64,000 nucleotides of DNA, from NCBI GenBank assembly GCA_963718235.1, contig CAVQYR010000001.1, positions 736,001-800,000 on the forward strand, written 5' to 3'. Of this stretch, positions 31,454-41,850 are shown one piece after another (position 1 is the first letter of the stretch; the number at the start of each line of letters is the position of its first letter). A program made the position numbers and the translations under genes. Source of the stretch: an uncultured Actinomycetota bacterium (GTDB lineage: Bacteria > Actinomycetota > Actinomycetes > JAHEKZ01). The notes beneath the pieces are model-generated. The model saw only the letters and a list, made by a program, of their open reading frames with translations, had not been told where the DNA came from and made no database searches.

Positions 31454-33265
31454 ATGATGTCTGAGCCAACCCGTCGCACGCCAACGCTGTTCCTGGTCGC
31501 CGGCGTGCTGGTGGCCCTGCTCGTCCAGCTCGTCCCCCTTCTGGCCGCGAACCCGGCTCAGGCCGCCCCCGCGGTTCCCGTCACCCCCGACTTCGGCAAG
31601 GCGATCGAGGACTACGCGCCCTACCAGGCCGGCACCGTCTGCGACCCCGTCGACCGTCCCGGTGCCAAGAAGATCGCGGCCCTGATCCGGGCCACCTACG
31701 GCAGCGACGAGTCGATCGGCATCGCCCGTGACGCCTGCTACACGACGTCGGAGCACAACGACGGCCGGGCACTGGACTGGATGCTCGACGCCTCCAGCCG
31801 CGCCGACCGGGCGAAGGCCAAGGCCTTCCTCGGCTGGCTCCTGGCCACGGACGGGCGCGGCAACCACGCGGCGATGGCCCGCCGCCTCGGAATCATGTAC
31901 ATCATCTGGAACAAGCGGATGTGGCGCGCGTACTCGCCACGTGGTTGGGGCGACTACTCCGGCACCAACCCGCACACCGATCACATCCACATCAGCCTCG
32001 CGTTGGACGGCGCCACGGGACGCACGTCCTACTGGACGGGTGCCCCGCTGGCCGGTCCCTGCGTTCCCTCGACCCTCACCCAGTCCGCCCCTCCGGTGTC
32101 GACCGACCCTGCGGCGTTCGTGCCGATCCCGGCCACCCGGGTGCTCGCGACGACCAACGGGATCGGCTCGCCGAATGGGCCCTGCCGGCTCTTCGCCCCG
32201 ATCGAGTACAGCTCGGTGCCGACCCGGGTCGACGCGCAGGTCACCGGTGTCGGAGAGGTCCCCGCCGCCGGCGTGGGGGCGGTCGCCCTCCAGGTCACGA
32301 TGCGCAAGCCCAGCTTCGCGTCCTACCTGACCGCCGGGCCCGCAGGCGGACCGGTCTCGACCGTCCGCCGGGTGAGTGCCGCGATGAACGCCACCGCCAC
32401 GTCGCTGGTCGTCGTGCCTGTGGGCGCGGACGGCAAGGTGAGCTTCTCGACCAGCTACGGCGCCACGGACCTGGTGGTGAGCATCGTCGGCTACTACCCG
32501 GACCCCGCGGTCCTGCCACGCACGCGTGACATAGCGGGTGGCGACCTGCTCAACCCGGTCCAGCCCCACCGCCTCTTGTCGGGCGAGACCGCACCCGTCG
32601 GGCCCCGGGACACCCGTCGGGTCGACGTCGCGGGCAGCCGCGGGATCAGCGGCTCTGCGTCCGCGGCGGTGGTCACCCTCAACGTGCCGGCTTCGACCGG
32701 GTCAGGTGACCTGTACGTGTACCCGACCGGCTCGAAGCGTCCGAAGAGCCCGCTCGTGGAGTACCGGGCCAAGCACCGGGTGTCGGTCCAGACCGTGGTC
32801 CCCCTCGGCAACGGCGGGACGATCACGGTCGAGAACGTCGGTCGGTCGACCAAGACGGTGGACGTCGACGTGGTCGCTGCCTACCAGCCGCCCACCGGAG
32901 CGGGTGGCTACGGCTTCGTGGCCCGCCGCAAGATCGCCACGGTGGTCAACACCGGATCCGACGTGGGAGTCAGACGGCTGAACTCCGGTGAGACGAAGGT
33001 GGTCTCGCTGGCTCACCAGGTGTCGGTCGGGACCAAGGCGGTGCTGCTGCAGGTCACGGTCCGCAAGCCGGCGGCGGAGACCCGGCTCACCTTCTGGCGG
33101 GCGGACGGACGTCGCCCGCGCACGATCGATGCCGCGGCGGCGGGGGGGCAGACCGTCTCCACGACTGTCCTCGCCCAGCTCAGCGCGCAGCGCGAGCTGA
33201 AGCTGCGCAACACCGGCGCCGACGGGGTCGACCTCGTGGTCTCGCTGGTGGGCTCCTACCGCTGA
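31454..33265 (+). CDS. Secreted Zn-metallopeptidase-like (LAS/M15-type) domain plus three beta-sandwich repeats
   Basis: Signal peptide (AQA-A); SEHNDGRALD (H-x6-D), HTDHIH (HxH); repeats ending DLVVSIVGYY / DVDVVAAY / DLVVSLVGSY; start uncertain. Confidence 0.75.
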   Translation: MMSEPTRRTPTLFLVAGVLVALLVQLVPLLAANPAQAAPAVPVTPDFGKAIEDYAPYQAGTVCDPVDRPGAKKIAALIRATYGSDESIGIARDACYTTSEHNDGRALDWMLDASSRADRAKAKAFLGWLLATDGRGNHAAMARRLGIMYIIWNKRMWRAYSPRGWGDYSGTNPHTDHIHISLALDGATGRTSYWTGAPLAGPCVPSTLTQSAPPVSTDPAAFVPIPATRVLATTNGIGSPNGPCRLFAPIEYSSVPTRVDAQVTGVGEVPAAGVGAVALQVTMRKPSFASYLTAGPAGGPVSTVRRVSAAMNATATSLVVVPVGADGKVSFSTSYGATDLVVSIVGYYPDPAVLPRTRDIAGGDLLNPVQPHRLLSGETAPVGPRDTRRVDVAGSRGISGSASAAVVTLNVPASTGSGDLYVYPTGSKRPKSPLVEYRAKHRVSVQTVVPLGNGGTITVENVGRSTKTVDVDVVAAYQPPTGAGGYGFVARRKIATVVNTGSDVGVRRLNSGETKVVSLAHQVSVGTKAVLLQVTVRKPAAETRLTFWRADGRRPRTIDAAAAGGQTVSTTVLAQLSAQRELKLRNTGADGVDLVVSLVGSYR

Positions 33266-33281
33266 GCCGGCCCCTGGGGAG

Positions 33282-33303
33282 TGTCCACCGGTCGACCTAG
33301 ACT
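33282..33303 (+). promoter_or_regulatory. Candidate RecA-NDp (PafBC) DNA-damage promoter of pcrA
   Basis: TGTCCA-N10-TAGACT, then 7 nt to GTG. Confidence 0.55.
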
Positions 33304-33310
33304 GCGACCG

Positions 33311-35524
33311 GTGAGCACCCTCTTCGACGAGCCGACCCTGGAGGGGCTCAACGACCAGCAGCGCGCCGCCGTGCTGCACGAGGGTTCCCCTCTGCTGATC
33401 GTCGCCGGCGCAGGATCGGGCAAGACCCGGGTCCTGACTGCCCGGATTGCCCACCTGCTGGCCGCGCGAGGCGTCCAGCCCGGCCAGGTGCTGGCGATCA
33501 CGTTCACCAACAAGGCCGCCGGGGAGATGAAGGAGCGGGTCGGGCAGCTCGTCGGACCCCGCGTGAAGGTCATGTGGGTGTCGACCTTCCACTCCGCGTG
33601 CGTGCGCATCCTGCGTCGGGAGGCCAAGACGCTGGGGTTCTCGTCCTCGTTCTCGATCTACGACCAGGCAGATTCGCTCCGCCTGATGACGATGGTGCTG
33701 CGCGACCTCGACCTCGATCCCAAGCGGTACGCGCCCCGGTCGTTCAGCGCCCAGGTCAGCAACCTGAAGAACGAGCTCGTCGACTGGGAGACCGCCTCGG
33801 ACCGTGCGGCCAACCACATCGAGAAATCGGTGGCGGAGGCCTACTCCGTCTACCAGCGACGGCTGCGCGACGCGAACGCGCTGGACTTCGACGACATCAT
33901 CATGACCACGGTCAACCTGCTCCAGGCGTTCCCCGACGTCGCCGAGCACTACCGACGCCGCTTCCGTCATGTGCTGGTCGACGAGTACCAGGACACCAAC
34001 CACGCCCAGTACGTCCTCGTGCGCGAGCTCGTGGGACGGCCTGGGGGCAGCGTACCGCCGGCCGAGCTGTGCGTGGTCGGCGACGCCGACCAGAGCATCT
34101 ACGCGTTCCGCGGCGCCACGATCCGCAACATCATGCAGTTCGAGGAGGACTACCCCGACGCGCGGACGATCCTGCTGGAGCAGAACTACCGCTCGACCCA
34201 GACGATCCTGTCCGCGGCCAACGCGGTGATCGCCAAGAACCTCGACCGCAAGCCCAAACGACTGTGGACCGACACCGGGTCCGGCTGGCCGATCGTCGGG
34301 TACGTCGCCGACAACGAGCACGACGAGGCGTCGTTCGTCGCCCAGACCATCGACGAGCTGTCCGACGCCGGTGACGCCCAGCCGAAGGACATGGCGGTGT
34401 TCTACCGCACCAATGCTCAGTCGCGCGTGTTCGAGGAGGTGTTCATCAGGGTCGGCCTTCCGTACCGCGTGGTCGGCGGCGTCAAGTTCTACGAGCGGCG
34501 CGAGGTGCGCGACGCACTGGCCTACCTGAGGGTGATCGCCAACCCCGAGGACGTCGTCTCCCTGCGCCGAGTGCTGAACACCCCGCGTCGCGGGATCGGC
34601 GACAAGGCCGAGTCGCTCGTGGAGTCCTTCGCCGACCGTGAGCGGATCACGTTCTGGCAGGCGTTGCGCCGGGTCGAGGAGGTCGGAGGCCTCCAGCCCC
34701 GTGCGGTCAACGCCCTGACCGGGTTCGTCCGTCTGCTGGACGACCTGCGCACCCTCGAGGAGTCAGGTACCGGGCCGGCGACCTTGCTGGAGGCCGTGCT
34801 CGAGCAGACCGGCTACCTCGCCGAGATGCAGAGCTCCGCCGATCCGCAGGACGAGACCCGGGTCGAGAATCTGCACGAGCTCGAGGCGGTGGCCCGCGAG
34901 TTCGAGGACGCCCATGCGGAGGGCAGCCTCGCCGACTTCCTCGAGCAGGTCGCGCTGGTGGCCGACTCCGACGAGATCCCCGACGACGACGCGGGGGTCG
35001 TCACGCTGATGACCCTGCACACGGCCAAGGGACTGGAGTTCCCCGTCGTGTTCCTCACCGGGATGGAGGACGGCGTCTTCCCGCACATGCGCTCGCTGGG
35101 CAACACCAAGGAGCTGGAGGAGGAGCGACGCCTGGCCTACGTCGGGGTCACCCGGGCTCGGGAGCGGCTCTACGTCAGCCGCGCGGTGACCCGCTCGGCG
35201 TGGGGGTCACCGCAGTGGAACCCGCCGTCGCGGTTCCTCGACGAGATTCCCACCGAGCTGGTCGACTGGCAGCGCGAGGAGTCCTCGCCGTCCGGTCCGG
35301 CCCCCGCCATCGCGACCGTCGCGGCCCGCCCGTCGGTGCGCTCCCCGGGGAACCGCGAGGTGATCGCGCTGTCCCCGGGCGACCGGGTGACCCACGACGC
35401 GTTCGGCCTGGGGACGGTCGTGGTGGTCGAGGGGGTCGGCGACAAGGCGGTGGCCTCGGTCGACTTCGGCGCCGACGGGGTCAAACGCCTGCTGCTGCGC
35501 TATGCGCCGGTCGAGAAGCTCTGA
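33311..35524 (+). CDS. pcrA: ATP-dependent DNA helicase PcrA/UvrD1
   Basis: [54 protein letters not shown]-terminal Tudor-like domain. Confidence 0.97.
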   Translation: MSTLFDEPTLEGLNDQQRAAVLHEGSPLLIVAGAGSGKTRVLTARIAHLLAARGVQPGQVLAITFTNKAAGEMKERVGQLVGPRVKVMWVSTFHSACVRILRREAKTLGFSSSFSIYDQADSLRLMTMVLRDLDLDPKRYAPRSFSAQVSNLKNELVDWETASDRAANHIEKSVAEAYSVYQRRLRDANALDFDDIIMTTVNLLQAFPDVAEHYRRRFRHVLVDEYQDTNHAQYVLVRELVGRPGGSVPPAELCVVGDADQSIYAFRGATIRNIMQFEEDYPDARTILLEQNYRSTQTILSAANAVIAKNLDRKPKRLWTDTGSGWPIVGYVADNEHDEASFVAQTIDELSDAGDAQPKDMAVFYRTNAQSRVFEEVFIRVGLPYRVVGGVKFYERREVRDALAYLRVIANPEDVVSLRRVLNTPRRGIGDKAESLVESFADRERITFWQALRRVEEVGGLQPRAVNALTGFVRLLDDLRTLEESGTGPATLLEAVLEQTGYLAEMQSSADPQDETRVENLHELEAVAREFEDAHAEGSLADFLEQVALVADSDEIPDDDAGVVTLMTLHTAKGLEFPVVFLTGMEDGVFPHMRSLGNTKELEEERRLAYVGVTRARERLYVSRAVTRSAWGSPQWNPPSRFLDEIPTELVDWQREESSPSGPAPAIATVAARPSVRSPGNREVIALSPGDRVTHDAFGLGTVVVVEGVGDKAVASVDFGADGVKRLLLRYAPVEKL

Positions 35525-36444
35525 GCCCTGCTGGTCCGGTTGCGTCGCGGCTTCTTCGTGGGGGCAGTCAAGGTCGTGACGCCGGCCGTCAGGGTCGTGC
35601 CGTCGGTGTCCAGGTGGGCGAGCGTGGCGCAGATCTCGTGCACCACACGCCCGTCGACGGGCAGGGACATGTGCCCGACCCCGCGGACGAACACGTTGCG
35701 CGCCCGCAGGTCGGGGTGACGCAGCTCGGCCGACGTCTTCGGGCTCATCAGCTGGTCGAGGTCGCTCCAGATCGCCACGACCCGGGTGCTGCACCCAGGA
35801 GCCGGCTCGGCGAGCTCGTCGAGCAGGGTGCTGCCGGGCCGCAGCTGACGCACCAACGGGTGCGGCAGCAGGTACGCGACGGTGGTTCCCTCGTGTGGCG
35901 TGCCGAGGGTCACCAGTGTGTGCACCCGGGCATCGCCGCCCAGCTTCTGAACGTAGTAGCGGGCGACGAGCCCACCCATCGAGTGCCCGACGACGTGGAC
36001 CCGTTCGTACCCGGTGTCGGCGCACACGCTCTCGATCAGCTCGGCCAGACGCTGCGCGACCTCGCGCACGTCGTCGGACAGCGGCGAGTAGTTCAGGGCG
36101 AGCACCCGACCGAAACCGCGACGGCGAAGGCCCCGTCGCAGCAGGGCGAAGATCGACCGGTTGTCGACCATGCCGTGCACGAGCAGGATCGGCGTCCCTG
36201 CCGCCTCGACGTCGCCGATCACCAGCCCGCGCTGCATGGGGGGCAGGTCGCCCAAGGTGAACCGACCGACCTCCTCGCGGGCCTTCTCCTCGACGAGTCC
36301 GAGCGGGTAGAGGGCCAGGTGCGCCGCGCTCCAGGCTGCCTCCAGGGCGGCGCCACGCAGTCCGGTGGGGGACAGCATCGCCCGGGCGCCGGTGAGGGCG
36401 CGCCCTCGTGCGGTGTCCCAGCCCTGCGCCAAGCCCAGTGCCAC
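35500..36444 (-). CDS. Alpha/beta hydrolase (lipase/esterase)
   Basis: LLVHG, GHSMGG, TLGTPH, GVGH; RBS GGAGGA before GTG 36444. Confidence 0.88.
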   Translation of the reverse strand: MALGLAQGWDTARGRALTGARAMLSPTGLRGAALEAAWSAAHLALYPLGLVEEKAREEVGRFTLGDLPPMQRGLVIGDVEAAGTPILLVHGMVDNRSIFALLRRGLRRRGFGRVLALNYSPLSDDVREVAQRLAELIESVCADTGYERVHVVGHSMGGLVARYYVQKLGGDARVHTLVTLGTPHEGTTVAYLLPHPLVRQLRPGSTLLDELAEPAPGCSTRVVAIWSDLDQLMSPKTSAELRHPDLRARNVFVRGVGHMSLPVDGRVVHEICATLAHLDTDGTTLTAGVTTLTAPTKKPRRNRTSRAQSFSTGA

Positions 36445-36548
36445 GCGGTCTCCTCCCGAGCCCTGGGACGGTAACCCACCCGTGGGGCTCGTCGGTCCCA
36501 AAACGGCCGTCGATGCCCTTCCGTTACCGACCCGGCTACGCTGCCCAC

Positions 36549-36956
36549 GTGTCCGACGCCGATCCCGCCCCTGTACGTGTCGTCATCGCCAAGCCCGGTC
36601 TTGACGGTCACGACCGTGGCGCCAAGGTCGTCGCCCGCGCGCTGCGCGACGCAGGGGTCGAGGTCATCTACACCGGGCTGCACCAGACGCCGGAGCAGAT
36701 CGTCGACGCGGCGATCCAGGAGGACGCCGACGCCATCGGTCTCTCGGTTCTCTCCGGCGCCCACCTGACCCTGTTCCCCCGCGTGGTTGAGCTGCTCAAG
36801 GCGCGCGGCGCCGACGACATCGTCGTGTTCGGCGGGGGGATCATCCCCGACGCCGACATCCCCGAGCTGACGGCTGCCGGCGTGGCCAAGATCTTCACGC
36901 CGGGCACCCCGACCCACGACATCGTCGAGTGGGTGCGGGCGAACGCTGCACGCTGA
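36549..36956 (+). CDS. icmB: Stand-alone cobalamin-binding subunit of acyl-CoA mutase
   Basis: [11 protein letters not shown] (DxHxxG), SVLSGAH, GGGIIP; pcrA-lipase-icmB order as in Streptomyces. Confidence 0.8.
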   Translation: MSDADPAPVRVVIAKPGLDGHDRGAKVVARALRDAGVEVIYTGLHQTPEQIVDAAIQEDADAIGLSVLSGAHLTLFPRVVELLKARGADDIVVFGGGIIPDADIPELTAAGVAKIFTPGTPTHDIVEWVRANAAR

Positions 36957-36968
36957 CGCCCGACCAGG

Positions 36969-39029
36969 TCAGCGGAGCGCGGGACGCTCCCGACGGTAGG
37001 GGAGTGGCTGGGTCGGGTCGGGACTGTCGATCTCGCGGGCGAGTCGATGACCGTCGAACACGACCTCGCTGATCGGCCGCGGCGCCACGGCGTCGCCGAT
37101 GGCGTGCACGGCCTCGATGCCGGCGGCAGTCAGCGCGTCGGCGTCGCCGATCAACGCCCGGTAGAGCGCGTCGTCTGGCCGCTGCTGGGTGACGAGCACC
37201 ACGGCGTCGGTCTCCAGCGTCCACGGTTCTCCGTACTCGTCGCGCCCACGGACGGCCGTGGCGTCAATGCTGGTCATGGTCACTCCGCACTGCACTCGGA
37301 CGCCCTCGCGGTGCAGGTGCCGACGCAGCATGTCGCCCTCGAGGGTCGCGTCGGAAACGGGAGAGACCACCGGGTAGCTGGTGACCAGGTGCACCTCGAA
37401 GCCCTCACCGGCCAGCAGCTCGGCCACACCGGGGGCGACGAAGTAGCCGTCGGTGTCGTAGACGACGACTCGTCGTCCGGCCGGCCGTCGGCCTTCGGTC
37501 ATGACGGCTTCGGGAGTGAGGACGTGGTCCAGCCCGGCCCCCGTGATCGGCTCGACCTCGTGCGGCTGCACACCGTCGGCCCGAAAGTGCGAACCGGTGG
37601 CGACGACCACGATCTGCGCCCCGTAGTCCAGGACGTCGGCCGCGGACAGCCGGCGCCCGGTGATCACCTCGACGTTGGGCAGCTTGGCCAGCTGGATCGC
37701 CCGGTAGTCGGTGATCCGCCCCCAGTCGCCCAAGGTCGGGAGCTGGCGCACCCAGCGCAGACGGCCGCCGATCTCGGGCTGGGCATCGACCAGGTGCACC
37801 GCGTCGAAACCACGCTTGCCGAGCACGGTCGCGCACTCCATGCCGGCCGGGCCGGCGCCGACGACGAGCACCGCGCGGTCGGAGTTGGCGGCGGTGGTGA
37901 ACAGCTCGGGGTGCCACCCTCGCCGGAACTCCTCACCGGCGGTGGCGTTCTGGATGCACCCGACCTGGTCGAAGGTCTCTTCGCGGGCGATGCACACGTT
38001 CGACCCGGTGCACTCGCGCACCTCGTCGAGGCGGCCTTCGGCGATCTTGCGCGGGAGGAACGGGTCGGCGATGGCCGGTCGGGCCGCGCCGATGACGTCG
38101 AGTGCGCGCGTGCGCACGATCTCGGCCATGACGTCGGCGGAGGTGTAGCGGCCGACACCGACGACCGGCTTGTCGGTGGCCTGTCGCACCTGGTCGGTCC
38201 ACGGACGCTCGTGACCCTCGGGGTAGTAGCGCGACGTCCCGGAGTCCTCGGGCCACACCCCGACGTTCACGTCGAACAGGTCGACGAGGTCACTGGCCAT
38301 CGTGATCAGCTGCAGCATGTCGTCGGTCTCGATGCCCGGGAGGCCGTCGCGACCGTGCACCGGGATGCGTGTCGCGATCGCACAGTCGGCGCCGACGGCC
38401 CCGCGCACCTTCTCCAAGGTCTCCAGCCAGAAGCGCCCGCGGTTGCCGAGGCTGCCCCCATACGTGTCCGTGCGCCGGTTGAGGTGGGTCGAGAAGAACT
38501 GGGTCAGCAGGTAGCCATGGGCGCCGTAGACGTACACGATGTCGAAGCCGACGTCGCGCGCCCGTTGAGCAGCGTCGACCCAGTCGCGCTGGATGCGGGT
38601 GATGTCGTCGAGGGTCATCTCCTTGGCGAGCCCGCCCCACATCGGCTCGCTCATCCGCTGGCTCGGCGCGACCCGGACCGCGCGCGACTGGCCGTTCTCG
38701 CTGTACGCGCCGCCGTGGAACAGCTCGATCCCGGCCAGCGCCCCGTGGGCGTGCACGGCCTCGGCGGTCAGGCCGAGCGCCTGGGCGTCGTTGTCGTCCC
38801 AGAACAGGGCGGAGACGGCGGGGGACTCCTCGGCATCCTGGGACACCGAGGTGTAGTCGACGCAGACGCCGCCCCAGCCCCCCTCGGACTTGATGGCCCG
38901 GAACGCGGCCTGCGCGCGTGGACGCTCGACCCCGAACCCCGAGGCGTGCGGTACCTGGTAGAAGCGGTTCGGCAGGGTCTTGGGGCCCAAGGCGAGCGGC
39001 TCGAACAAGACGGCGTGCCGCGGGTCCAT
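36969..39029 (-). CDS. Trimethylamine/histamine dehydrogenase-like OYE flavoprotein (686 aa)
   Basis: LFEP..LGPKTL.NRFYQVPH, YVYGAH.YL, RTD.YGGSL.NR.RFWLE, ARP.IADPFLP, QNATAGEE.RRGWHPE, VGAGPAG; RBS GGAGG. Confidence 0.9.
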   Translation of the reverse strand: MDPRHAVLFEPLALGPKTLPNRFYQVPHASGFGVERPRAQAAFRAIKSEGGWGGVCVDYTSVSQDAEESPAVSALFWDDNDAQALGLTAEAVHAHGALAGIELFHGGAYSENGQSRAVRVAPSQRMSEPMWGGLAKEMTLDDITRIQRDWVDAAQRARDVGFDIVYVYGAHGYLLTQFFSTHLNRRTDTYGGSLGNRGRFWLETLEKVRGAVGADCAIATRIPVHGRDGLPGIETDDMLQLITMASDLVDLFDVNVGVWPEDSGTSRYYPEGHERPWTDQVRQATDKPVVGVGRYTSADVMAEIVRTRALDVIGAARPAIADPFLPRKIAEGRLDEVRECTGSNVCIAREETFDQVGCIQNATAGEEFRRGWHPELFTTAANSDRAVLVVGAGPAGMECATVLGKRGFDAVHLVDAQPEIGGRLRWVRQLPTLGDWGRITDYRAIQLAKLPNVEVITGRRLSAADVLDYGAQIVVVATGSHFRADGVQPHEVEPITGAGLDHVLTPEAVMTEGRRPAGRRVVVYDTDGYFVAPGVAELLAGEGFEVHLVTSYPVVSPVSDATLEGDMLRRHLHREGVRVQCGVTMTSIDATAVRGRDEYGEPWTLETDAVVLVTQQRPDDALYRALIGDADALTAAGIEAVHAIGDAVAPRPISEVVFDGHRLAREIDSPDPTQPLPYRRERPALR

Positions 39030-39045
39030 GGCGCCTCCAACTGGT

Positions 39046-39063
39046 ACTGATCGGTCGTTCAGC
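39046..39063. promoter_or_regulatory. Imperfect 18-bp palindrome, candidate TetR-type operator
   Basis: ACTGATCGGTCGTTCAGC just upstream of the RBS; related to 51563-51580. Confidence 0.5.
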
Positions 39064-39165
39064 ACGAGCCAGGATGCCATGGCGAGTAGTGGCCCGCGCG
39101 ACGGTCCCACCGAGCGTCCCCAGCAGTCCAGGGGGTCTTGCCTGGCAGGGCGTGAACCTCGAGAA

Positions 39166-39181
39166 TCGAACACATGTTCGC
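39166..39181. promoter_or_regulatory. LexA (SOS) box
   Basis: TCGAAC-ACAT-GTTCGC; overlaps GAGAAT -10 and ATG 39174. Confidence 0.85.
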
Positions 39182-39677
39182 ATCCGAGGTCCTCGAGGTC
39201 GACCTGCCGGCCGACCCGATGGACGACGTGTGGCGTGAGCTCGTGAACCGCGAGCACGTGACGGCGCTGCTGGAGCAGTCGGCCCGCGCCGAGGACGCCC
39301 AGGTGGCCCTTCGCCTGTCCGACGCGGTGATGCACCGACGACTGCTCGTGGCCCGTCAGCTCACCATTCGCCCGACCGCGACTGCGAGGCCCCGACAAGT
39401 GGGCGGATCACCTGGTGGCACGCGTTGGCGGTCGCCGAGGCCGTCGAGCCGCTCGACGACGCGACCGCACGACGCGTCGAGGCCGACGTCGTACCGATCG
39501 CCGCACGCGCAACTTCGGCTATCACCCGCCGGGCGATCCAACGGGCCTTGGCCCGGCACGATGCCGCGGGCGCGGCCGACCGGCACTGACCGCGGCCGCC
39601 CAGACGGAGGCGTCGAGTGGGGCGGCCCGACCGGACGCAGCACGGTGGTCGACCCCCACCACCAACTCCACGACTGA
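39174..39677 (+). pseudogene. Degraded DUF222/HNH (REP13E12-type) gene
   Basis: Frame A VALRLSDAVMHRRLLVARQLT; shifted frame 39401-39589 GRITWWHALAVAEAVEPLDDATARRVEADVVPIAA..RRAIQRALARHD ends in TGA; tail DGGVEWGGPTGRS; HNH core absent. Confidence 0.7.
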
Positions 39678-39736
39678 GCGACCAGGGCTAGGCTCGCGCA
39701 CGTTGGCGTAGCCGGGCGACCCTGCGGGAGCAACGG

Positions 39737-40909
39737 GTGGATCTGTTCGAGTACCAGGCCAAGGAGCTGTTCGCCGCGCACGCCGTTCCGGTCACTCCGG
39801 GCGCGGTCTGCCAGACACCTGCGCAGGTGCGGGCCGCTGCGGAGGACTTCGGCGGAACCGTCGTGGTGAAGGCCCAGGTCAAGACCGGCGGTCGCGGCAA
39901 GGCCGGCGGTGTCAAGCTGGCCGGCTCGCCGGCTGAGGCCGAGGAGGTCGGGCGACAGATCCTCGGTATGGACATCAAGGGTCACACCGTCCACCGGGTG
40001 CTGGTCACCCCGGCCGCCGACATCGCGGAGGAGTACTACGTCTCGTTCCTGCTCGACCGGGCCAACCGCTGCTACCTGGCGATGGCCAGCGTCGAGGGCG
40101 GCATCGACATCGAGGAGGTCGCCCGGACCAAGCCGGAAGCGTTGGCCAAGGTCCGGGTCGACGCACTCGACGGGGTCGACCAGGCCAAGGCTGCCGAGAT
40201 CGTGGCCGCGGCCCGGTTCCCCGACGACGTCGCCGAGCAGACCGCCGACGTGCTCGTGCGGCTGTGGCAGGTGCTCGTCGGCGAGGACGCCACGTTGGTC
40301 GAGGTCAACCCGCTGGTGAAGTCGGCCGACGGCGTGGTGCTGGCTCTCGACGGCAAGGTCACCCTCGACGAGAACGCCGACTTCCGGCATCCGGAGCACG
40401 AGCAGTTCGCGATCCGCGACGAGTCCGACCCGCTCGAGCTGCTGGCCAAGGAGAAGGGCCTGAACTACGTCAAGCTCGACGGCGAGGTCGGCATCATCGG
40501 CAACGGTGCCGGGTTGGTCATGAGCACCCTTGACGTCGTGGCGTACGCGGGCGAGGAGTTCGGTGGCGTGAAGCCGGCCAACTTCCTCGACATCGGCGGC
40601 GGAGCGTCGGCACAGGTGATGGCGGATGGGCTGGAGATCATCCTCGGTGACCCCCAGGTCAAGGCAGTGCTCGTGAACGTCTTCGGGGGAATCACCTCGT
40701 GCGACGCGGTGGCCGCCGGCATGGTGCAGGCGTTCACCATGCTGGCCGACCGCGGCGACGCCGTCGACAAGCCGATCGTGGCCCGGCTCGACGGCAACAA
40801 CGCGGCCGAGGGCCGTCGCATCCTCGACGAGGCCGAGCACGACGTCGTCGAGCTCGTCGACACGATGGACGCCGCGGCCCGCCGGGTCGCCGAGCTCGCC
40901 GCCCAGTAA
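39737..40909 (+). CDS. sucC: Succinyl-CoA synthetase beta subunit
   Basis: [49 protein letters not shown]. Confidence 0.98.
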   Translation: MDLFEYQAKELFAAHAVPVTPGAVCQTPAQVRAAAEDFGGTVVVKAQVKTGGRGKAGGVKLAGSPAEAEEVGRQILGMDIKGHTVHRVLVTPAADIAEEYYVSFLLDRANRCYLAMASVEGGIDIEEVARTKPEALAKVRVDALDGVDQAKAAEIVAAARFPDDVAEQTADVLVRLWQVLVGEDATLVEVNPLVKSADGVVLALDGKVTLDENADFRHPEHEQFAIRDESDPLELLAKEKGLNYVKLDGEVGIIGNGAGLVMSTLDVVAYAGEEFGGVKPANFLDIGGGASAQVMADGLEIILGDPQVKAVLVNVFGGITSCDAVAAGMVQAFTMLADRGDAVDKPIVARLDGNNAAEGRRILDEAEHDVVELVDTMDAAARRVAELAAQ

Positions 40910-40928
40910 GCGAAGAGGCAGGAACCCC

Positions 40929-41795
40929 ATGTCGGTCTGGCTCGACAAGGACAGCCGCATCCTGGTGCAGGGGATCACCGGGTCCGAGGGCACCAAGCAC
41001 ACCCGGCGGATGGTTGCGTCCGGCGCGCAGGTGGTGGCCGGCGTGACTCCGGGCAAGGGCGGTCAGGCCGTCGACGGGATCCCGGTGTTCAGCAGCGTCG
41101 CCGAGGGCGTGGAGGCCTCAGGTGCCGATGTCGCGGTGGTCTTCGTTCCCCCCCGCTTTGCCAGGGCGGCGGTGATCGAGGCGGTCGATGCGCAGGTGCC
41201 GCTCTGTGTGGTGATCACCGAAGGCATCCCGGTGCAGGACACCGCGGCGTTCTTCCAGTACGCGCAGAACGCGGGCGGCACCCGGATCATCGGACCCAAC
41301 TGCCCCGGCATCATCAGCCCCGGCCAGAGCAACGCGGGGATCATCCCCGCCGACATCGCCAGCTCCGGCCCGATCGGTCTGGTCAGCAAGAGCGGCACCC
41401 TGACGTACCAGATGATGTACGAGCTTCGCGACCTCGGCTTCTCGACCGCCATCGGGATCGGGGGCGACCCGATCATCGGGACGACGCACATCGACGCGCT
41501 CGCTGCCTTCGAGGACGACCCGGCCACGCAGGCCATCGCCATGATCGGTGAGATCGGAGGCGACGCCGAGGAGCGGGCGGCCGCGTACATCGCCGAGCAC
41601 GTCACGAAGCCGGTCGTCGGGTACGTCGCCGGGTTCACGGCCCCCGAGGGCAAGACCATGGGGCACGCCGGAGCGATCGTCTCCGGTTCGTCGGGCACGG
41701 CCGCCGCCAAGCAGGCCGCGCTGGAGGATGCCGGAGTTCGGGTCGGCCGGACGCCCAGCGAGACAGCCGGCCTGATGCGGGCGCTGCTTGGCTGA
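40929..41795 (+). CDS. sucD: Succinyl-CoA synthetase alpha subunit
   Basis: [32 protein letters not shown]. Confidence 0.98.
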   Translation: MSVWLDKDSRILVQGITGSEGTKHTRRMVASGAQVVAGVTPGKGGQAVDGIPVFSSVAEGVEASGADVAVVFVPPRFARAAVIEAVDAQVPLCVVITEGIPVQDTAAFFQYAQNAGGTRIIGPNCPGIISPGQSNAGIIPADIASSGPIGLVSKSGTLTYQMMYELRDLGFSTAIGIGGDPIIGTTHIDALAAFEDDPATQAIAMIGEIGGDAEERAAAYIAEHVTKPVVGYVAGFTAPEGKTMGHAGAIVSGSSGTAAAKQAALEDAGVRVGRTPSETAGLMRALLG

Positions 41796-41850
41796 GTGAC
41801 CCGGCGTGTCGCACGTCGGGCAGGTACGGGGTCGGGCGACGATGCCAGTG

